Made by a program: the position numbers and the translations under genes | Part shown: positions 18,671 to 28,382 of the stretch, piece by piece | Position numbering within the stretch: the first letter of the stretch is position 1 | Layout of the letters: every line of letters begins with the position of its first letter | The notes under the pieces: model-generated | What the model was told of the DNA's origin: nothing | What the model saw: only the letters and a program-made list of their open reading frames with translations | Databases searched by the model: none | Assembly (NCBI GenBank): GCA_965227515.1 | Contig: CBDDFZ010000002.1 | Coordinates: 1 to 64,000 of the forward strand | Reading direction: 5' to 3' | DNA length: 64,000 nucleotides | Origin: Alphaproteobacteria bacterium | GTDB lineage: Bacteria > Pseudomonadota > Alphaproteobacteria > CALKHQ01

Positions 18671-19498
18671 ATGACGGACGGACCGCAAGTCGTATTCTGG
18701 GGCGTACGTGGCAGCATTGCGACACCTGGACCGCTGTGGCAGCGCTATGGCGGCAATACGTCGTGCGTCGAGATCCGCTGTGGCGACCACACGCTGATCA
18801 TGGACGCCGGGACCGGGCTCAGGCGCCTGGGCCAGGCGATGATGGGCAACGGCCGCACCACCGCCGACATCCTGTTGTCCCATACCCACTTCGACCATAT
18901 CTGCGGCATGCCGTTCTTCGCGCCGTTCTACAGCGACCGCTTCACGTTCCGCCTGTCCGCCGGCCACCTGTTGCCGAACAGCACCGTCAACCGGGTGATG
19001 TGCGAGATGATGAAGGCGCCGCTGTTCCCGGTGCCGCCGTCGGTGTTCGGCGCCAATGTCAGCTATCATGATTTCACGTGCGGCGAGACGCTGGAGCCGA
19101 AACCGGGCATCAAGGTGCGCACCGGGCCGCTGAACCACCCCAATGGCGCCACCGGCTACCGCATCGAGTTCGCGGGCCGCGCGGTCTGCTACATCACCGA
19201 CACCGAGCACACGGGCGACGGACCCGATCCCAACATCGTCGATCTTGTCCGCGACGCCGACGTCATGATCTACGACAGCACCTACACCGATGCCGAGTAT
19301 CCGCGGTTCAAGGGCTGGGGGCACTCCACCTGGCAGGAGGCAATCCGTGTCAGCGACGCGGCCAATGTCGCCACCTGCGTGTTGTTCCACCACGATCCGA
19401 CCCATGAGGACACTTTCATGGACGATATCGCGCGGCAGGCGGCGGAGATGCGGCCGGGCACGCTGGTGGCGCGCGAAGGCATGGTGCTGCAGCCTTAG
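18671..19498 (+). CDS. MBL-fold metallohydrolase (putative cyclic-nucleotide phosphodiesterase type)
   Basis: WGVRGSIATPG, YGGNTSCVE, DAGTG, SHTHFDH, HPNG..GYRI, GWGHST, FHHDP. Confidence 0.85.
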   Translation: MTDGPQVVFWGVRGSIATPGPLWQRYGGNTSCVEIRCGDHTLIMDAGTGLRRLGQAMMGNGRTTADILLSHTHFDHICGMPFFAPFYSDRFTFRLSAGHLLPNSTVNRVMCEMMKAPLFPVPPSVFGANVSYHDFTCGETLEPKPGIKVRTGPLNHPNGATGYRIEFAGRAVCYITDTEHTGDGPDPNIVDLVRDADVMIYDSTYTDAEYPRFKGWGHSTWQEAIRVSDAANVATCVLFHHDPTHEDTFMDDIARQAAEMRPGTLVAREGMVLQP

Positions 19499-19549
19499 CC
19501 GCCGCGCGCCCCTCCCATACCTCGCCCCATACCTCGCCGCGCCGTTGCC

Positions 19550-20350
19550 ATGACTGACCAGGGCCGAACCGGCTTTTTCATCCCCTATCGCTACGTAGAG
19601 ACCGTGGTGCCGGTCGGCACCTATGACGGCCTGCTGCCGTTGTTCGGGGCCGCTGAGCCGGCCTTTGCCGCCATGCTGGACAGTGTCGATGCGGTTGCCG
19701 AAGGCCTGCGTGCCATCGCCGCGGCGCCGGAGCGGCCCGGCCACCCGCGTTTCACCCAGGACTGGTTTCCGACCCTCGATGCCGCGGTCGCCTACGCCAT
19801 GGTGCGGCACCGCCGCCCCGGCCGCATCGTCGAGATCGGCGCCGGGCACTCGACCCGCTTCCTCGCCCGTGCCGTCGCCGATGGCGAACTGGCGACTACG
19901 CTCACAACCATCGACCCAGCCCCGCGCGCCGTGCTGGGGGACGCACCGATCGCCCATGTCGCCTGCATCGTGCAGCGGGCCGATCCGGCCGTGTTTGCGC
20001 AATTGGCGGCCGGCGATGCGCTCAGCATCGATTCCAGCCACATCATGATGCCGGGCAGCGATGTCGACGTGCTGGTCAACGACCGCCTGCCGCGCCTGCC
20101 GGCGGGCGTGCTGGTGCATATCCACGACATCATGCTGCCGGACGGCTATCCCGAGGCTTGGCGCGATCGCGGCTACAACGAGCAGAACGCCATTGCGCCG
20201 CTGCTGCAGGGCGGCGGCTACCGGCTGCTGTTCGCCAGCCACTATGTCGCGACCCGCATGGCCGAGCGGCTGGCGGCGTCGGTCGTCGGCGAGCTGCCGG
20301 CGGTGGCCGGCGCCCCGGCCGGCAGCCTGTGGCTCCAAAAGCTGGTCTAA
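19550..20350 (+). CDS. Class I SAM-dependent methyltransferase (Methyltransf_24-like)
   Basis: IVEIGAGHST, LSIDSSH, VHIHDI, YNEQ. Confidence 0.82.
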   Translation: MTDQGRTGFFIPYRYVETVVPVGTYDGLLPLFGAAEPAFAAMLDSVDAVAEGLRAIAAAPERPGHPRFTQDWFPTLDAAVAYAMVRHRRPGRIVEIGAGHSTRFLARAVADGELATTLTTIDPAPRAVLGDAPIAHVACIVQRADPAVFAQLAAGDALSIDSSHIMMPGSDVDVLVNDRLPRLPAGVLVHIHDIMLPDGYPEAWRDRGYNEQNAIAPLLQGGGYRLLFASHYVATRMAERLAASVVGELPAVAGAPAGSLWLQKLV

Positions 20351-20352
20351 CG

Positions 20353-20781
20353 CTACTTCAACACCTGCCACTTGCGGCTGACCAGCACGACGGTCACCGC
20401 GACGCCAATCAGGCTCAGGGCCAGGCTCTTCAGCGGCACCCCGACCACGACGCCGACGACAAGCCCCGCCACGGTGACGGCCAGGATCAGATGCAGGCCG
20501 ATGCGGCGGCGCAGCAGCAGGGCGGCCGCACCCAGCATGCCGATCAACGTGGTGCCAATCATCGTCGGCAGCGCCCAATAGAGCTGGTCGTCCCAGCGCG
20601 GGTCGCTGTGGCTGACCAGGTCTTCGATCGTCATCGCCAGCCGATAGACGGTCCAGGCGCTGAGCAGCAGGAAGATGCACAGCCAGGTCGGCAAAGCCCA
20701 GCCCAGGGGTTCTGGTTTCGGGCTGTCTCCCGCTTCGGGCCGGTCCGGGGCCTGGGCTGTGTTTGTCATGGTCGCACTCAT
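20353..20781 (-). CDS. Small multi-TM membrane hypothetical protein
   Basis: About four hydrophobic segments; fills the gap between methyltransferase and cyclase. Confidence 0.7.
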   Translation of the reverse strand: MSATMTNTAQAPDRPEAGDSPKPEPLGWALPTWLCIFLLLSAWTVYRLAMTIEDLVSHSDPRWDDQLYWALPTMIGTTLIGMLGAAALLLRRRIGLHLILAVTVAGLVVGVVVGVPLKSLALSLIGVAVTVVLVSRKWQVLK

Positions 20782-20917
20782 CGGTCGTTCTCTAGCTGAA
20801 AGTCATGGCAGGCATGTGTGGATTTCTGGATCGATTGCGGCGGCGGGCGACCCACCAGTCGATCCTTCCCGCATCTGTGTGGCGATGTGAAGTGCAACCC
20901 GTCGCCTCGGAGCGCAT

Positions 20918-22303
20918 GTGGGGACGATGACCGTCGCCGACGATCCAGCCAGGTCGTCCTGGCTTCGAAACGCACTGGCCGGACGCAACCCGTCCGCCAG
21001 GCTGCCCGCGCGCATCCGCGATGCGATCGCACGGCAGCAGGACCTTGCCGAGCGGCTGATCGGCGCCGTCCAGCTTTTGATCGTCCTCACCTTCGGCACC
21101 CTCTACTTCATCTCGCCCACCCCGTCGCAGATGGAACTGGCGCTGGAGCCGGTGCCGTTCGCGCTCGCCGCCTACCTGGTGTTCACGCTGTTGCGGGTGT
21201 GGCTGTCGTTCCGGGTCCGCCTGCCGGACTGGTTCCTGATGCTGTCGATCTTCATCGATATCGGCCTGTTGATGGTGCTGATCTGGAGCTTCCACATCCA
21301 GTACGGGCAGTCGCCGCCCTTCTACCTGAAGATCCCGACGCTGATTTACGTCTTCATCTTCATCTCCTTGCGCACGCTGCGGTTCGAGCCCCGCTTCGTC
21401 GCGGTGGCCGGCATCACTGCGGCTGCAGGCTGGGGGCTGCTGCTGGCGAACGCGGTGGCGTCGGTCGACGACGAGGTCATGATCACGCGGGACTTCGTGC
21501 GATACCTGTCCAGCCCCGACATGATCCTGATCGGCGCCGAGTTCGACAAGATGATCTCCATCCTGGTGGTCACCGCCATCCTGGTGATCGCCCAGGTTCG
21601 CGCCCGCGCGCTACTGGTGCGCGCGGTGACCGAGGGCCAGGCCGCCGCCGACCTGTCGCGGTTCTTCGACAGTTCGCTGGCCCGCACCATCACCGGGGCC
21701 GAGGCCGAGATCGTCGCCGGAGAGGGGCAGGCGCGCGACGCCGCGATCCTGTTTATCGATATTCGCGGGTTCACCGATCTGGCGACCGAGATCAGCCCGA
21801 CCGAGCTGATCCACCAGTTGGCCGACTACCAGGCCCAGGTGGTGCCGGTGATCCAGGCCAATGGCGGCGTGATCGACGAGTTCCTGGGCGACGGCATCAT
21901 GGCCACTTTTGGCGCCGCGGCGGAGTCCGACACCTACGCCGCCGATGCGATGCGCGCGGCGGTGGAGGTGATGGCGGCGGTGGAGCGCTGGAACGCGGCG
22001 CGGGCGGCGGCCGGGAACAGGCGGCTGAACGTCAACGCCGCGGTTGCTGCCGGGCGCATCGTGTTCGGGGCCGTGGGCGACGAGAACCGGCTGGAATACA
22101 CGGTCATCGGCGGTGCGGTGAACCTGGCGGCCAAGCTGGAGAAGCACACCAAGACCGAGCGGGTGCGCGCCCTTGCCACGGCGGCGTCGTTCGCGACGGC
22201 GGTCGACCAGGGGTTGCGACAGCGCGACGCGCCGCGCCGGCTGCCGGCTCGCAGCATCGCCGGCGTCGCCGACCCGACCGACCTTGTCGTGCTGGTGCCG
22301 TAG
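20918..22303 (+). CDS. Membrane-bound class III nucleotidyl (adenylate/guanylate) cyclase
   Basis: N-terminal TM region; ILFIDIRGFT, IDEFLGDG, RLEYTVIGGAVNLAAKLE; start may be ATG 20927. Confidence 0.92.
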   Translation: MGTMTVADDPARSSWLRNALAGRNPSARLPARIRDAIARQQDLAERLIGAVQLLIVLTFGTLYFISPTPSQMELALEPVPFALAAYLVFTLLRVWLSFRVRLPDWFLMLSIFIDIGLLMVLIWSFHIQYGQSPPFYLKIPTLIYVFIFISLRTLRFEPRFVAVAGITAAAGWGLLLANAVASVDDEVMITRDFVRYLSSPDMILIGAEFDKMISILVVTAILVIAQVRARALLVRAVTEGQAAADLSRFFDSSLARTITGAEAEIVAGEGQARDAAILFIDIRGFTDLATEISPTELIHQLADYQAQVVPVIQANGGVIDEFLGDGIMATFGAAAESDTYAADAMRAAVEVMAAVERWNAARAAAGNRRLNVNAAVAAGRIVFGAVGDENRLEYTVIGGAVNLAAKLEKHTKTERVRALATAASFATAVDQGLRQRDAPRRLPARSIAGVADPTDLVVLVP

Positions 22304-22409
22304 GTGAGTGTTTGGCCGTTGCGTCCAATTGACGCCAGACCTCACCCTCGCGCGCCGGACCCGGATAATCTGTAGCGATCCGTGACCGACTGATCGGGGG
22401 GTCGCCCAG

Positions 22410-23084
22410 ATGTTCGCCAAATTGGAAAACCTGCTGCCGGCCGGCGTACTGGCCAAGATCCACGAACTGATGCCGCTGGCCTCGTTCGATGACGGCAGCG
22501 TCACCGCCGGAAACCTTGCGGCGTCGACCAAGAAAAACAGGCAGATGCGCACCAACGACGATCCGGCGCGCAAGATCATGCAACTGGTGCAGCAGGCGCT
22601 GGGCCGCGACGAGCGGTTCGTGACCCTGACCGTGCCGCGCCGCATGCACCTGGCCTTCAACCGCTATGACGTGGGCATGGAATACGGGCCCCACCACGAC
22701 GCCGGCGTCGTCGGCTATGGGGTGGAGGGTGCCGTGCGCAGCGACATCTCGATGACCGTGTTCCTGAACGAGCCGCAGGAATACGACGGCGGTACGCTGC
22801 ACATCATCACCCCTTACGGCGAGCAGCAGGTCAAGCTGCCGGCCGGCAGCGCCGTCATCTACCCCGGCAACCTGACCCATTGGGTGACGCCGATCACCCG
22901 TGGCACCCGGCTGGCGGCGTTCGGCTGGATCCAGTCGATGATCCGCAACCCGGAACAGCGGCGCATCGTGGCCGACCTCAACCGGCTGCGCCGCCGTCTG
23001 GCCGAATCCGACCTGGACCGCGAGACGCAGCAACTGGCGGCCAACGCGTATCAGGACATGATGCGCCAGTGGGCGGAAACCTAG
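22410..23084 (+). CDS. PKHD-type Fe(II)/2OG dioxygenase (YbiX/PiuC-like)
   Basis: FDDGSVTAG, KKNRQ, FNRY..GMEYGPHHD, RSDISMTVFL, YDGGTL, HWVTPITRGTR, WIQSMIR. Confidence 0.88.
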   Translation: MFAKLENLLPAGVLAKIHELMPLASFDDGSVTAGNLAASTKKNRQMRTNDDPARKIMQLVQQALGRDERFVTLTVPRRMHLAFNRYDVGMEYGPHHDAGVVGYGVEGAVRSDISMTVFLNEPQEYDGGTLHIITPYGEQQVKLPAGSAVIYPGNLTHWVTPITRGTRLAAFGWIQSMIRNPEQRRIVADLNRLRRRLAESDLDRETQQLAANAYQDMMRQWAET

Positions 23085-23094
23085 GCGCCGGTTG

Positions 23095-23146
23095 GCCCGC
23101 GCATTCCGCCCAAGCTTTCCGCCCATGCTTTCCGCCCATGCTTTCC
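23095..23146 (+). repeat. Four tandem 13-bp units (consensus GCCCATGCTTTCC)
   Basis: gcccgcgcattcc / gcccaagctttcc / gcccatgctttcc / gcccatgctttcc. Confidence 0.8.
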
Positions 23147-23310
23147 ATGGCCCGCCGCTTGGCGTAGATTACGGCAGCGGTGCCGCGCCGACGCGGCGCA
23201 ACCCGGTCCGGAAGTGAAGGCCGCCGACATAGGCCGGCCGCTGCCCTGGGACATCAAGGCACCCCGACCAAAGACCCCCAATTCAAGGCCCCCAATCTAA
23301 GGACAGATCA

Positions 23311-23778
23311 TTGAGCGACTATCTGCACATGCAACTCGATCATGGCCCGGTGGTGATCCGCCTGCGGTCCGACCTGGCGCCCAAGCACGTGGCGCAGATT
23401 TGCGAACTGGCCGAAGAGGGCTTCTACAACGACATTGTCTTCCACCGCGTGATCGACGGCTTCATGGCGCAGTCGGGCGACCCGACCGGCACCGGCCGCG
23501 GCGGCTCCGACAAGGCCAATATCGAGGCGGAATTCTCCAAGGAGCCGTTCAAGCGCGGCACCCTGGGCATGGCGCGGACCAGCGACCCCAACAGCGCCAA
23601 CTCGCAGTTCTTCATCTGCTTCGAGGACGCCGATTTCCTGAACGGCCAGTACACCGTGTGGGGCGAGGTGGTGGAGGGCATGGAGCATGTCGACGCGCTG
23701 GCCCGCGGCGAGCCGCCGGCGGAGCCGGACCGCATCGTGCGCATGACCACGTCCGACGACGCGACACCGGCCGGCTGA
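23311..23778 (+). CDS. Cyclophilin-type peptidyl-prolyl cis-trans isomerase
   Basis: FHRVIDGFMAQSGDP, GMART..PNSANSQFFI, LNGQYTVWGEV; TTG start after AAGGA. Confidence 0.93.
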   Translation: MSDYLHMQLDHGPVVIRLRSDLAPKHVAQICELAEEGFYNDIVFHRVIDGFMAQSGDPTGTGRGGSDKANIEAEFSKEPFKRGTLGMARTSDPNSANSQFFICFEDADFLNGQYTVWGEVVEGMEHVDALARGEPPAEPDRIVRMTTSDDATPAG

Positions 23779-23890
23779 TCCGCGCATGGCATTGGCGTTT
23801 CGGCGGGATCATGCAGGTGCTATACCCGCTGAAACCGCCGGGGCCTGCGCCCGGTAACCAGCTTTCGGGCCACATCAACGACGCCAGCCA

Positions 23891-25117
23891 ATGAACGAGA
23901 TCAATTCCTACCGCAACGGACCCGACGAGACCGGGCATTTCGGCATTTTCGGCGGACGCTTCGTCGCCGAGACACTAATGCCGCTGATCCTGTCGGTCGA
24001 GGAGGCCTACACCAAGGCCAAGGCCGACCCCGCGTTCCAGCGCGACTTCGACTATTACGCCAAGCACTATATCGGCCGGCCGAGCCCGCTCTACCATGCC
24101 GAGCGCCTGTCCAGGCATTTCGCCGGGCCCGACCGCAAGGGCGCGAAGATCTATTTCAAGCGCGACGAGCTGAACCACACCGGCAGCCACAAGGTGAACA
24201 ACTGTCTGGGCCAGGTGCTGCTGGCGCGGCGGATGAACAAGCCGAAGATCATCGCGGAGACCGGCGCCGGCCAGCACGGCGTGGCGGTGGCCACCCTGTG
24301 CGCGCTGTTCGGCCTGCCGTGCACGGTCTACATGGGCAAGGTCGACGTCGAGCGGCAGGCGCCCAACGTGTTCCGCATGAAGCTGCTGGGCGCCGAGGTG
24401 GTGCCGGTCACGTCCGGGTCCGCCACCCTGAAGGACGCGATGAACGAGGCGCTGCGCGCCTGGGTCGCCAATGTCGAGGACACCTTCTACGTCATCGGCA
24501 CGGTGGCGGGGCCGCACCCGTATCCGGCCATGGTGCGCGACTTCCAGTCGGTGATCGGCCGCGAGGCTCGCGAACAGATGATGGAGGCCGAGGGGCGGCT
24601 GCCCGACAGCCTGGTCGCGTGCATCGGCGGCGGGTCCAACGCCATGGGCCTGTTCCATCCGTTCCTGGACGACCGCGACGTGCAGATCTTCGGCGTGGAG
24701 GCCGCCGGCCACGGTATCGAGACCGGGGAGCACGCCGCCTCGCTGACCGGCGGCGAGCCGGGGGTGCTGCACGGCAACCGCACCTATCTGCTGCAGGACG
24801 ACGACGGCCAGATCATCGAGGCGCATTCGATCTCCGCCGGCCTGGACTACCCCGGCATCGGGCCAGAGCATGCCTGGCTGAAGGAAGCCGGGCGGGTGAA
24901 CTATGTCTCCGCCACCGACGAGGATGCGCTGGCCGCGTTCCAGCTCTGCTCGCGGCTGGAGGGCATCATTCCTGCGCTTGAACCCGCCCATGCGCTGGCC
25001 CATGTTGGCAGGATGGCCCCCGACCTGCCCGACGATCATATCGTGCTGATGAACATGTGCGGCCGTGGCGACAAGGACGTGTTCGCCGTCGCCGAACGCC
25101 TGGGCGTCCAGCTTTGA
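23891..25117 (+). CDS. trpB: Tryptophan synthase beta chain
   Basis: [35 protein letters not shown]. Confidence 0.98.
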   Translation: MNEINSYRNGPDETGHFGIFGGRFVAETLMPLILSVEEAYTKAKADPAFQRDFDYYAKHYIGRPSPLYHAERLSRHFAGPDRKGAKIYFKRDELNHTGSHKVNNCLGQVLLARRMNKPKIIAETGAGQHGVAVATLCALFGLPCTVYMGKVDVERQAPNVFRMKLLGAEVVPVTSGSATLKDAMNEALRAWVANVEDTFYVIGTVAGPHPYPAMVRDFQSVIGREAREQMMEAEGRLPDSLVACIGGGSNAMGLFHPFLDDRDVQIFGVEAAGHGIETGEHAASLTGGEPGVLHGNRTYLLQDDDGQIIEAHSISAGLDYPGIGPEHAWLKEAGRVNYVSATDEDALAAFQLCSRLEGIIPALEPAHALAHVGRMAPDLPDDHIVLMNMCGRGDKDVFAVAERLGVQL

Positions 25118-25932
25118 GCGCGTCGACCCGTCTGGATCGGCGGTTCGCCGCGCTGGCGGCGGAGGGACGCGCCGGGCTGGTGACCTTCACCACCGCCGGC
25201 GACCCGAACCCGGACCTGTCGACCGAGGTGCTGCGCCGGCTGCCGGCCGCCGGCGCCGACGTGATCGAACTCGGCATGCCGTTCACCGATCCGATGGCCG
25301 ACGGCCCGGCGATCCAGCGCGGCAACCAGCGCGCGCTGAAGGCCGGCACCACCACCCGCAAGGTGCTGGACATGGTGCGGACCTTCCGCGCCGACGATGA
25401 CGACACGCCGATCGTGCTGATGGGCTATTACAACCCGATCTACAAGTACGGCGTTGAGCCGTTCCTGGCCGATGCCCGCGATGCCGGGGTCGATGGCCTG
25501 ATCGTGGTCGACCTGCCGCCGGAAGAGGACGACGAGCTGTGCCTGCCGACCATCAAGGCCGGGCTCAACTTCGTGCGTCTGGCCACGCCGACCACCGATG
25601 ACCGCCGGTTGCCGGCGGTGCTGCACAACGCCTCCGGCTTCCTCTACTACGTCGCGGTCGCCGGCATCACCGGCACCAAGTCGGCCACCGAGGAGAGCAC
25701 GCGCACGGCGGTGGAGCGGCTGAAGCGCCATACCGACCTGCCGGTGGGCGTCGGCTTCGGCATCCGCACGCCGGAGCAGGCCGCCGCCGTGGCCCGCACC
25801 GCCGATGCCGCCGTGGTCGGCTCGGCCCTGGTCGGCCAGTTCGACAGCGAGGGCGATCCGTCCGCCGCCGCCGACAAGCTGCTTTCGTTGGTTGGCGATC
25901 TGTCCAAGGCGGTCCGGGAGGCAAGGCAATGA
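25114..25932 (+). CDS. trpA: Tryptophan synthase alpha chain
   Basis: TTGA overlap with trpB; [36 protein letters not shown]. Confidence 0.97.
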   Translation: MSASTRLDRRFAALAAEGRAGLVTFTTAGDPNPDLSTEVLRRLPAAGADVIELGMPFTDPMADGPAIQRGNQRALKAGTTTRKVLDMVRTFRADDDDTPIVLMGYYNPIYKYGVEPFLADARDAGVDGLIVVDLPPEEDDELCLPTIKAGLNFVRLATPTTDDRRLPAVLHNASGFLYYVAVAGITGTKSATEESTRTAVERLKRHTDLPVGVGFGIRTPEQAAAVARTADAAVVGSALVGQFDSEGDPSAAADKLLSLVGDLSKAVREARQ

Positions 25933-26900
25933 GTTGGCTTACCGACTTCGTGCGTCCCAAGATCCAGGCCCTGGTCGGGCGCCCGGACACGCCGGACAAC
26001 CTTTGGCACAAGTGTCCGAACTGCGAGCAGATGGTGTTCCACCGCGAGTTGGAGGAACTGGACCATGTGTGCCCGCACTGCGACCACCACATGCGCCTGT
26101 CCGCCAAGCGGCGGCTGGAATCGCTGTTCGACGACGGCAAGTACCAGCGCATCGAGCTGCCGAAGGTGGACCCCGACCCGCTGAAGTTCCGCGACTTGAA
26201 GCGCTATTCCGAGCGGCTGCGCGACACCCAGCACAAGACAGGCGAGCAGGACGCGATGATCGTTGCCAGCGGCACCATCGCCGGCAACAAGGCGGTGATC
26301 GCGGTGTTCAATTTCGCCTTCATGGGCGGGTCGATGGGCGTCGCGGTCGGCGAGGCGCTGCTGGCCGCCGGCCGCCTGGCGGTGCTGCAACAGGCGCCGC
26401 TGATCGTGGTCACCGCATCCGGCGGTGCGCGCATGCAGGAAGGCATCCTGTCGCTGATGCAGATGCCGCGGACGGTGCTGGCCATCGACGAGGTGAAAGA
26501 GGCGGGCCTGCCCTACATCGTGGTGCTGACCGACCCGACCACCGGCGGTGTGTCGGCCTCGTTCGCCATGCTGGCCGATATCGCGATTGCCGAGCCGGGT
26601 GCCATCATCGGCTTCGCCGGCCCCCGCGTGATCGAGGAGACCATCCGCCAGCGCCTGCCCGAAGGCTTCCAGCGCGCCGAGTACCTGCTGCAGAACGGCA
26701 TGGTCGACATGGTGGTGCCGCGCGGCCAGTTGCGCGACCAGATCGGCCGGCTGGTCGACCTGCTGGTCAATCCGCGCCCGGCCGCCGAGGTCGTGCCGCT
26801 GCTGGCCGACGCCAGCGCCGAGGAGCCCGAAGCCCCGGTCGAGGAAGAGGAACCGGAAACCGAAGAACCGGCGCAGGACGAGCGCGATGCCGCGGAGTAG
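25929..26900 (+). CDS. accD: Acetyl-CoA carboxylase carboxyltransferase beta subunit
   Basis: CPNC...CPHC zinc ribbon, [28 protein letters not shown]. Confidence 0.97.
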   Translation: MSWLTDFVRPKIQALVGRPDTPDNLWHKCPNCEQMVFHRELEELDHVCPHCDHHMRLSAKRRLESLFDDGKYQRIELPKVDPDPLKFRDLKRYSERLRDTQHKTGEQDAMIVASGTIAGNKAVIAVFNFAFMGGSMGVAVGEALLAAGRLAVLQQAPLIVVTASGGARMQEGILSLMQMPRTVLAIDEVKEAGLPYIVVLTDPTTGGVSASFAMLADIAIAEPGAIIGFAGPRVIEETIRQRLPEGFQRAEYLLQNGMVDMVVPRGQLRDQIGRLVDLLVNPRPAAEVVPLLADASAEEPEAPVEEEEPETEEPAQDERDAAE

Positions 26901-26905
26901 GCGCC

Positions 26906-28336
26906 TTGGCTAACGAGCCGGTTGACGGTGGCGCGGGCGACGGCGCCGGTGGTGGCGACGGGCCTGAACCGCCCCTGCCGGGCGGCGATGCGCGCCACGT
27001 GGTTCCCGACATCGACGACGCGCTGAAGCGGCTGTCGTTCCTGCACCCGAAGCGGATCGACCTGTCGCTGGGCCGTGTCGAGCGGCTGCTGGAGGCGCTG
27101 GGCCGCCCGCACGAGCGGGTGCCGCCGGTCATCCACGTCGCCGGCACCAACGGCAAGGGCTCGGTGGTCGCCTTCATGGCGGCGATGCTGCACGCCGCCG
27201 GCCAGCGGGTGCATGCCTACACCTCGCCGCACCTGGTACGCTTCAACGAGCGCATCGTGCTGGGCGGCAAGCCGATCAGCGATGCCGATCTGATCTCCGT
27301 ACTGGAGCGCTGTGAAGCGGCGAACGGCGGCGCCCCGATCACCATCTTCGAGATCACCACCGCGGCGGCGTTCCTGGCGTTCTCCGAGCACCCGGCCGAC
27401 GTGCTGCTGCTTGAGACCGGCCTCGGCGGGCGCTGCGACGCCACCAATGTCATCGACAAGCCGCTGGCCACGGTGATCACGCCGGTCTCGTTCGACCACA
27501 TGGAGTTCCTGGGCGATACCCTGACCGCCATCGCGGCGGAGAAGGCGGCGATCCAGAAGCCGGGCGTGCCGTCGCTGGTCGGGCGCCAGGTTGGCGAGGC
27601 GAGCGAGGTCATCCGTGCCGCGGCGGCGGAGGTGGGTGCGCCGGTGCGCGAAAGCGGCGTCGACTGGCAGGTGTCGTCCGAGCCGCATCGTCTGGTGATC
27701 GAGGCCGACGGGATCGCACGGTCCCTGCCGGCGCCGTCGCTGGTTGGCGAGCACCAGTTCGAGAACGCGGGCCTGGCGATCGCGGCGCTGGAGGCGTGTC
27801 CGTCGCTCGGCGTAGACGAGGCCGCGATGGGGATCGGCCTGAAGACGGCGCGCTGGCCGGCGCGCATGCAACTCCTCACCCGTGGACCGCTGATCGACAT
27901 CCTGCCGAAGCCGCGCTGGCAGCTGTGGCTGGACGGCGGCCACAACGATGCCGCCGGCGCGGTGGTGGCGAAGCAATTGGCCGCATGGCACGGCAGCCCG
28001 ATCCACGTGATATTCGGCATGTTGAAGAACAAGGACGCGCGGGGCTTCCTGGACCACCTGGCGCCATACGTCACCGATCTGGAGGCGGTCGCCATTCCCG
28101 ACGAGCCGGCCAGCATGACGGCGGAGGATGCCGCGGCGGCGGCGATCGAGAGCGGGATCGAGGCATCGGCGGCGCCGGACCTGGAGGCCGCGGTCCGCAA
28201 GATCGTGGCGCGGGGAGATCGGCACAGCCTGCGCGGTGGCCGCAAGCCTGGGCGCAGCCGGATCCTGATCTGCGGCTCGCTCTACCTGGCGGGCAAGGTG
28301 CTGCGCACCCACGAAGGCGGCCACCCGCGCGCCTGA
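26906..28336 (+). CDS. folC: Folylpolyglutamate synthase/dihydrofolate synthase
   Basis: HVAGTNGKGS, YTSPHLVRFNERI, ETGLGGRCDATN, WPARMQ, DGGHN, GSLYLAG; start uncertain (TTG 26906 or a later GTG). Confidence 0.95.
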   Translation: MANEPVDGGAGDGAGGGDGPEPPLPGGDARHVVPDIDDALKRLSFLHPKRIDLSLGRVERLLEALGRPHERVPPVIHVAGTNGKGSVVAFMAAMLHAAGQRVHAYTSPHLVRFNERIVLGGKPISDADLISVLERCEAANGGAPITIFEITTAAAFLAFSEHPADVLLLETGLGGRCDATNVIDKPLATVITPVSFDHMEFLGDTLTAIAAEKAAIQKPGVPSLVGRQVGEASEVIRAAAAEVGAPVRESGVDWQVSSEPHRLVIEADGIARSLPAPSLVGEHQFENAGLAIAALEACPSLGVDEAAMGIGLKTARWPARMQLLTRGPLIDILPKPRWQLWLDGGHNDAAGAVVAKQLAAWHGSPIHVIFGMLKNKDARGFLDHLAPYVTDLEAVAIPDEPASMTAEDAAAAAIESGIEASAAPDLEAAVRKIVARGDRHSLRGGRKPGRSRILICGSLYLAGKVLRTHEGGHPRA

Positions 28337-28382
28337 ATGTCGGCACCGCCCGCAAGGGTGCGCGCGTCGAGGGAATGTGGGG

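Noticed and set aside
19515-19538. 12-bp tandem duplication CCATACCTCGCC x2
   Set aside because: Only two copies in a short spacer, most likely neutral slippage.
17567-23084. Integrative element or prophage at tRNA-Gly
   Set aside because: No integrase, phage genes or duplicated tRNA 3' end was seen; only a lower-GC intergenic stretch.
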